Positions 59,194 through 64,000 of a DNA stretch of 64,000 bases are shown here, in pieces. The notes under the pieces were generated by a model. The model searched no databases and had not been told where the DNA came from. It saw nothing but the letters and a program-made list of their open reading frames with translations. The number at the start of each line of letters is the position of its first letter. Position 1 is the stretch's first letter. Origin of the DNA: an uncultured Alphaproteobacteria bacterium (GTDB taxonomy: Bacteria; Pseudomonadota; Alphaproteobacteria; Rhizobiales; Xanthobacteraceae); NCBI GenBank assembly GCA_963828475.1, contig CAWHFN010000012.1, positions 25,439-89,438 of the forward strand. The letters are read 5' to 3'. A program made the position numbers and the translations under genes.

Positions 59194-60794
59194 TCACGCT
59201 GGAGATGATGCCGCCGCTGATGTTCGGCGGCTTGATTCTCGCCATGCTGATCGGCTTTCCGGTGGCCTTCACGCTGGCCGCGCTTGGGCTGTCGTTCGGG
59301 TTCCTGTCGATCTATCTCGGCTTCTTCGACATGAACTTCCTGCAGGCTATCCCCGGGCGAATCTTCGGCAGCGTGCTTTCCAACGAATTGCTGCTGGCTA
59401 TCCCCTTCTTCACGTTCATGGGCTCTGTGCTCGAGCGCTGCGGCCTGGCCGAAGACATGCTGGATTCGATGGGCCAGTTGTTCGGCCCGGTTCGCGGCGG
59501 CCTCGGCTATTCCGTCATCATCGTCGGCTTCATCCTCGGCGCGATCACCGGCACGGTGGCGGCGCAAGTCATCGCCATGGCGCTGATCTCGATGCCTGTG
59601 ATGCTGCGCTATGGCTACAATGTGCGCTACATCACCGGCGTGCTCGCCGCATCCGGCACCATCACCCAATTGGTGCCGCCCTCGCTGGTGCTGATCGTGA
59701 TGGCCGACCAGCTCGGCAAGTCGGTCGGCGACATGTATCTCGGCGCCTGGGGGCCGTCGGTGCTCCAGATCGCGCTGTTCGCCGGCTACACGTTCTTCCT
59801 CGGGCTGTTCCTGCCCCATCACGTGCCGGCCGTGCCGAAGGAAGCGCGGACGCTGACCGGCTGGCCGCTCTGGCGCAAATGCCTGATGGGCATCATTCCC
59901 TCGGCCGTGCTGATCTTCGTGGTGCTGGGTACCATGATGCTCGGCCTGGCGACGCCGACCGAAGCCGGCGCGATGGGCGCGATCGGCGCCATCGTTCTCG
60001 CCGCCATTCACCACAAGGAGCTGAGCGGCAAGGGGCACAAGATGCTGTTGATCGGCATCGCCGCCACCGGCGTCGGCGCGATCGTCGGAATCATGCTCGG
60101 TGAAGGCAAGCTGTTCAAGCTGACCTTCGCGGTGGTCTATCTCGCCGTTGTCTGGCTTTGCCTCGAAGCCGTCCGCATTCCGGACCTGCGCGACCTGATC
60201 AGGCAGGGCTACGAGTCGACGATGCGCCTCTCCACCATGGTGGTGTTCATCCTGATCGGCTCGACCTGCTTCTCCGTGGTGTTCCTCGGCGTCTCCGGCG
60301 GCGTCTGGCTCGAGCACCATCTGACCTCGCTTCCCGGCGGGGTCTGGGGCTTTCTGATCTTCATCAACCTCTTCATTTTCTTCCTGGCGTTCTTCCTCGA
60401 CTTCTTCGAGATCGCCTTCATCATCCTGCCGATGGTGGCGCCGATCGCGCAGAAGGTGCTGGCGCCGGTCGTGGGGCCGGATGCCGCGCTGATCTGGTTC
60501 GGCGTCATGCTGTGCGTCAATATGCAGACGTCGTTCCTGCATCCGCCATTTGGTTTTGCGCTGTTCTATTTGCGCGGCGTCGCGCCCAAGGAAGTGAAGA
60601 GTTCCGACATCTATTGGGGCGCGTTGCCCTGGATCGGCCTGCAGGCGATCATGGTGGCGATCGTGATCGCCTTCCCCGTCACGGTAACGGCGCTGCTCGA
60701 CAAGCCGCTCGACGTCGATCTCAGCAAGGTCAAGATCGTGGTACCGGAAATCGAGCTCCCTCCACCGCTGGATTTCGGCTCTCAAAAGCAATAG
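59190..60794 (+). CDS. TRAP transporter large permease DctM, copy 1
   Basis: LAIPFFTFMG, GTITQLVPPS, TPTEAGA and QTSFLHPPFG; ATGA overlap with dctQ. Confidence 0.92.
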   Translation: MITLEMMPPLMFGGLILAMLIGFPVAFTLAALGLSFGFLSIYLGFFDMNFLQAIPGRIFGSVLSNELLLAIPFFTFMGSVLERCGLAEDMLDSMGQLFGPVRGGLGYSVIIVGFILGAITGTVAAQVIAMALISMPVMLRYGYNVRYITGVLAASGTITQLVPPSLVLIVMADQLGKSVGDMYLGAWGPSVLQIALFAGYTFFLGLFLPHHVPAVPKEARTLTGWPLWRKCLMGIIPSAVLIFVVLGTMMLGLATPTEAGAMGAIGAIVLAAIHHKELSGKGHKMLLIGIAATGVGAIVGIMLGEGKLFKLTFAVVYLAVVWLCLEAVRIPDLRDLIRQGYESTMRLSTMVVFILIGSTCFSVVFLGVSGGVWLEHHLTSLPGGVWGFLIFINLFIFFLAFFLDFFEIAFIILPMVAPIAQKVLAPVVGPDAALIWFGVMLCVNMQTSFLHPPFGFALFYLRGVAPKEVKSSDIYWGALPWIGLQAIMVAIVIAFPVTVTALLDKPLDVDLSKVKIVVPEIELPPPLDFGSQKQ

Positions 60795-60999
60795 CTGGCG
60801 CCGGGCCGGACAGGCCGGCGCCCGGGGGTGGCGACCCCGATCCACAGGGCCAATTCCCTTTCAATATCAACAAACTTCCAATTGACGACGGCCGCGCCCG
60901 CTGGTTTGGTGCGGGGGCTTCATGCTAGCCCGGCTGGATAGGCCGCGGCGCCCTCAGGGCGCCGTCAAGACTGCAGATGCGAATTGGGGAGGGTTACCG

Positions 61000-61581
61000 T
61001 TGCAAGCGCTCTTGAAACTGAGCCGTGGAATTGACGCGTTCACGAGATGGACGGGCAAGCGCCTGGCCTGGTTAATTCTCGTTGCCGTGGTGATATCGGC
61101 CGTCAACGCGATCATGCGCAAGACGTTCGACATTTCATCCAACTCATGGCTCGAGCTGCAATGGGTGCTTTTCAGCATCGTCTTTCTGCTTTGCTCGCCA
61201 TGGACTTTGCTCGACAACGAACACATCCGGATCGACATCGTCAGTAATGCGATGCCGAAGACCGCACGCAACGTGATCGATGTCGTCGGACACACTTTCT
61301 TTCTGATTCCGCTGTGCATCGTCATGATCATCACCGGCGGCCCGTTCTTCATGCGGTCGTTCGAAGTCAACGAGCAGTCGGGCAATGCAGGCGGGCTTCC
61401 GCAATGGCCGGCAAAATCGCTGGTTATCATCGGGTTCACGTTCTTGCTGGTTCAGGGTATCTCCGAGCTCATCAAGCGCATCGCCGTCATGCGCGGCCTT
61501 ATTCCGGATCCACACGCATCACAGGTCCACGCGCTCGAGGCCGAGGTCGAACACCTCGTCGAGGCGATCGAAAAACGCTGA
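61000..61581 (+). CDS. TRAP transporter small permease DctQ, copy 2
   Basis: ELQWVLF and NEHIRID; TTG start after GGGGAGG. Confidence 0.86.
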   Translation: MQALLKLSRGIDAFTRWTGKRLAWLILVAVVISAVNAIMRKTFDISSNSWLELQWVLFSIVFLLCSPWTLLDNEHIRIDIVSNAMPKTARNVIDVVGHTFFLIPLCIVMIITGGPFFMRSFEVNEQSGNAGGLPQWPAKSLVIIGFTFLLVQGISELIKRIAVMRGLIPDPHASQVHALEAEVEHLVEAIEKR

Positions 61582-61609
61582 TCGCGCACGCGCTGGCAGA
61601 GGACAAGAG

Positions 61610-63265
61610 ATGACAGCCTTTCTTATCGCCAACATGGCGCCAATTATGTTCGCCTCGCTGGTGGTCATGCTGCTGCTTGGCTATCCGGCGGCATTTTCGC
61701 TCGGCGCGGTCGGCCTGCTTTTCGCCATCGTCGGCATCGAACTTGGAGAGTTCCGCCCGGACTTCCTGCAAGCGCTTCCCGAGCGCGTTTACGGCGTGAT
61801 GAGCAACGACACGCTGCTCGCGATCCCGTTCTTTACGTTCATGGGTTTGGTGCTGGAGCGATCCGGCATGGCCGAGGATCTGCTCGATACCATCGGACAA
61901 TTGTTCGGCACCATCCGCGGCGGTCTCGCCTATGCCGTCGTGTTCGTCGGCGCCCTGCTCGCCGCTACGACCGGCGTCGTTGCCGCTTCCGTGATCTCGA
62001 TGGGCCTGATCTCGCTGCCGATCATGTTGCGCTACGGCTACGACCGCCGGATGGCGACGGGCATCATCGCGGCCTCCGGCACTTTGGCGCAAATCATTCC
62101 GCCTTCGCTGGTTCTGATCGTGATGGCCGACCAACTCGGCAAGTCGGTCGGCGACATGTACGAAGGCGCCTTCATCCCGGGCATGGTGCTTGCGGGCCTG
62201 TATGCCTCATATGCCTTTCTCGTGACGATGATCTTCCCGAAGGCGGCGCCGGGGCTGCCGGCGGAGGCCATTGGCTTCCGGGAAAAGGACGGCAGCCGCG
62301 GACTATGGTCTCTCGGCGTGCTCACGCTGGCCAGTGTGGTTTTCGGCTGGTTCATGATGCGGCATTCCGAGACGCACGGCGCCGATTACGTCGTGCTGAG
62401 CATGTTCTACGGCATCCTGTTCGCGTTCTTCGTGGCGGTGCTAAATTGGGTGATCGACAAGCTTACAGGGTTCCGTTTCCTCTCGGCAATGGCGCAACAA
62501 ACGACGTTTGTCATGGTGCCGCCGCTGTTCCTGATCTTCCTCGTGCTCGGTACGATCTTCATCGGCATCGCGACCCCGACCGAGGGCGGCGCGATGGGCG
62601 CCGCTGGCGCGCTCATTCTCGGCGCGGCCAAGCGACGATTAAGCTGGGACCTGATCCGGCAGGCCACTGAATCGACCGCGAAGCTTTCTGCCTTCGTCGT
62701 GTTCATCCTGATCGGCGCGCGCGTGTTTTCGTTGACCTTCTACGGCGTGAACGGCCACGTATGGGTCGAGCATCTGCTGACTTCCCTGCCCGGCGGCCAG
62801 GTCGGCTTCCTCGTTTTCGTCAACGCACTTGTCTTCGTTCTTGCCTTCTTCCTCGACTTCTTCGAACTAGCCTTCATCATCATCCCGCTGCTCGGGCCGG
62901 TGGCGGAAAAACTCGGCATCGACCTGATCTGGTTCGGCGTGATCCTCGGCGTCAACATGCAGACTTCATTCATGCATCCGCCGTTCGGGTTCGCATTGTT
63001 CTATTTGCGCTCCGTCGCCCCGAAAGAATCCTACATCGATCGGGTCACCGGCAAGCGTATGGATCCGATCACGACCGGTCAGATTTATTGGGGCGCCGTG
63101 CCGTTCGTGGTCATCCAGGTCATCATGGTGCTGTTGGTGATCACGTTCCCGCAGATGGTGATGCATTATAAGGGCGTTGCCTCGACGATCGATCCGAACA
63201 CGATCAAGATCGAGGTACCGCAGATCGAGATGCCACCGTTGGATTTCGGACAACCCAAGAACTGA
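61610..63265 (+). CDS. TRAP transporter large permease DctM, copy 2
   Basis: LAIPFFTFMG, GTLAQIIPPS, TPTEGGA and QTSFMHPPFG; start ATG 61610 after AGAGG. Confidence 0.92.
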   Translation: MTAFLIANMAPIMFASLVVMLLLGYPAAFSLGAVGLLFAIVGIELGEFRPDFLQALPERVYGVMSNDTLLAIPFFTFMGLVLERSGMAEDLLDTIGQLFGTIRGGLAYAVVFVGALLAATTGVVAASVISMGLISLPIMLRYGYDRRMATGIIAASGTLAQIIPPSLVLIVMADQLGKSVGDMYEGAFIPGMVLAGLYASYAFLVTMIFPKAAPGLPAEAIGFREKDGSRGLWSLGVLTLASVVFGWFMMRHSETHGADYVVLSMFYGILFAFFVAVLNWVIDKLTGFRFLSAMAQQTTFVMVPPLFLIFLVLGTIFIGIATPTEGGAMGAAGALILGAAKRRLSWDLIRQATESTAKLSAFVVFILIGARVFSLTFYGVNGHVWVEHLLTSLPGGQVGFLVFVNALVFVLAFFLDFFELAFIIIPLLGPVAEKLGIDLIWFGVILGVNMQTSFMHPPFGFALFYLRSVAPKESYIDRVTGKRMDPITTGQIYWGAVPFVVIQVIMVLLVITFPQMVMHYKGVASTIDPNTIKIEVPQIEMPPLDFGQPKN

Positions 63266-63335
63266 TCGGGATCGGTGGATCGATTCTGATCATCGGTTCG
63301 GCTGCAGGCGTTGCTGCGACGGGTCTCGAAAGCTT

Positions 63336-63382
63336 GGCCAAAAAAATAACCCCGGAGCAAGCTCCGGGGTTTGTTTTTGGCC
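63336..63382. terminator. Bidirectional intrinsic terminator
   Basis: CCCCGGAGC-AA-GCTCCGGGG stem flanked by an A-tract and a T-rich tract, between convergent genes. Confidence 0.85.
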
Positions 63383-63400
63383 GAATGGACCTGATCCCCA

Positions 63401-64000
63401 TCAACTCTGCGAATGACGCGCCATGAAGTTGTCGTAGCCGACTTCGGCGACCTGGAACCACTGATACCCGTTGTTGGAGAAAGTAGTCAGCGATTCGTAG
63501 ACCTTCTTGAAATCGGCATTGGTGGCCGAGACTTCGCTGTGCAATTCCTTCGCCGCCTTGTAGGAGGCTTGCATCACAGGCGCCGGGAACGCGTGCAGTT
63601 TGGCGCCCCCCGCAAGCAGTTTGCGCAGGGCCGCAGGATTGGCCTGATCGTACCTCGCCATCATCCAGTTGTTGGCCTGGTGGCCCGCCTGCTCGAGCAC
63701 GGATTGATAGAACTTCGGCAGCGCATTCCATTTGTCGAGGTTGACGAAGGCCAGAAGCATCGGCCCGCCTTCCCACCAACCCGGGTAGTAGTAGTGGGGC
63801 GCAACCTTGTAGAAGCCGAGCTTCTCGTCATCGTAGGGACCGACCCACTCGGCACCGTCGATCGTACCTTTCTCGAGCGCAGGGTAGATGTCGCCGCCGG
63901 CGATCTGCTGCGGCACAGCGCCCAGCTTCTGCATGACCTTTCCGGAGAATCCGCCGATACGGAATTTGAGGCCCTTGAGGTCCTCGACCGTCTTTATCTC
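63401..64000 (-). CDS. TRAP substrate-binding protein DctP (TakP-like), 5' part outside the window
   Basis: DLKGLKFRIGG, GGDIYPALEKGTIDGAEWVGPYDDEKLG and YYPGWWE; frame is open to the window edge. Confidence 0.9.
   Translation of the reverse strand, partial: EIKTVEDLKGLKFRIGGFSGKVMQKLGAVPQQIAGGDIYPALEKGTIDGAEWVGPYDDEKLGFYKVAPHYYYPGWWEGGPMLLAFVNLDKWNALPKFYQSVLEQAGHQANNWMMARYDQANPAALRKLLAGGAKLHAFPAPVMQASYKAAKELHSEVSATNADFKKVYESLTTFSNNGYQWFQVAEVGYDNFMARHSQS

Noticed and set aside
1-64000. CRISPR array, tRNA/rRNA genes, IS or integrase, prophage or defence genes
   Set aside because: No regularly spaced repeats, cloverleaf or rRNA signatures, or transposase, recombinase or phage motifs were seen

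Overview
A GC-rich alphaproteobacterial chromosomal segment. Gene content and repeat types point to Bradyrhizobium or a close relative (inference). It is mostly housekeeping: the lipid A very-long-chain fatty acid cluster (acpXL-fabZ-fabF-fabF-lpxXL), potF/aminotransferase/rhodanese, two kup genes, a PomAB-like stator, psd-pssA, an Atm1-like ABC exporter, cimA, cysS, nadE, dgkA, class II DAHP synthase, gor, rpiA, gph, moaA and duplicated TRAP permeases. Two accessory-looking blocks interrupt it: about 11.8-18.7 kb and about 24.9-32.2 kb. Main leads: (1) A periplasmic thiol/copper module: DsbRS-like two-component system, dsbD, a DsbA-family oxidoreductase, an L,D-transpeptidase, DoxX and an orphan NrsF-like anti-sigma. 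An identical 17-bp tandem box precedes two of its promoters, and a SigF/EcfF-type promoter precedes the anti-sigma. (2) A probable leaderless 16-codon Cys/Ile-rich leader peptide upstream of cysS and cimA. (3) A roughly 420-bp low-GC in-frame segment inside cysS. (4) A stator B subunit with Met at the ion-selectivity position, next to two K+ importers. At least eight isolated single-base frameshifts in seven otherwise intact genes probably reflect sequencing error. No tRNA, rRNA, CRISPR array, transposase or integrase was recognised.
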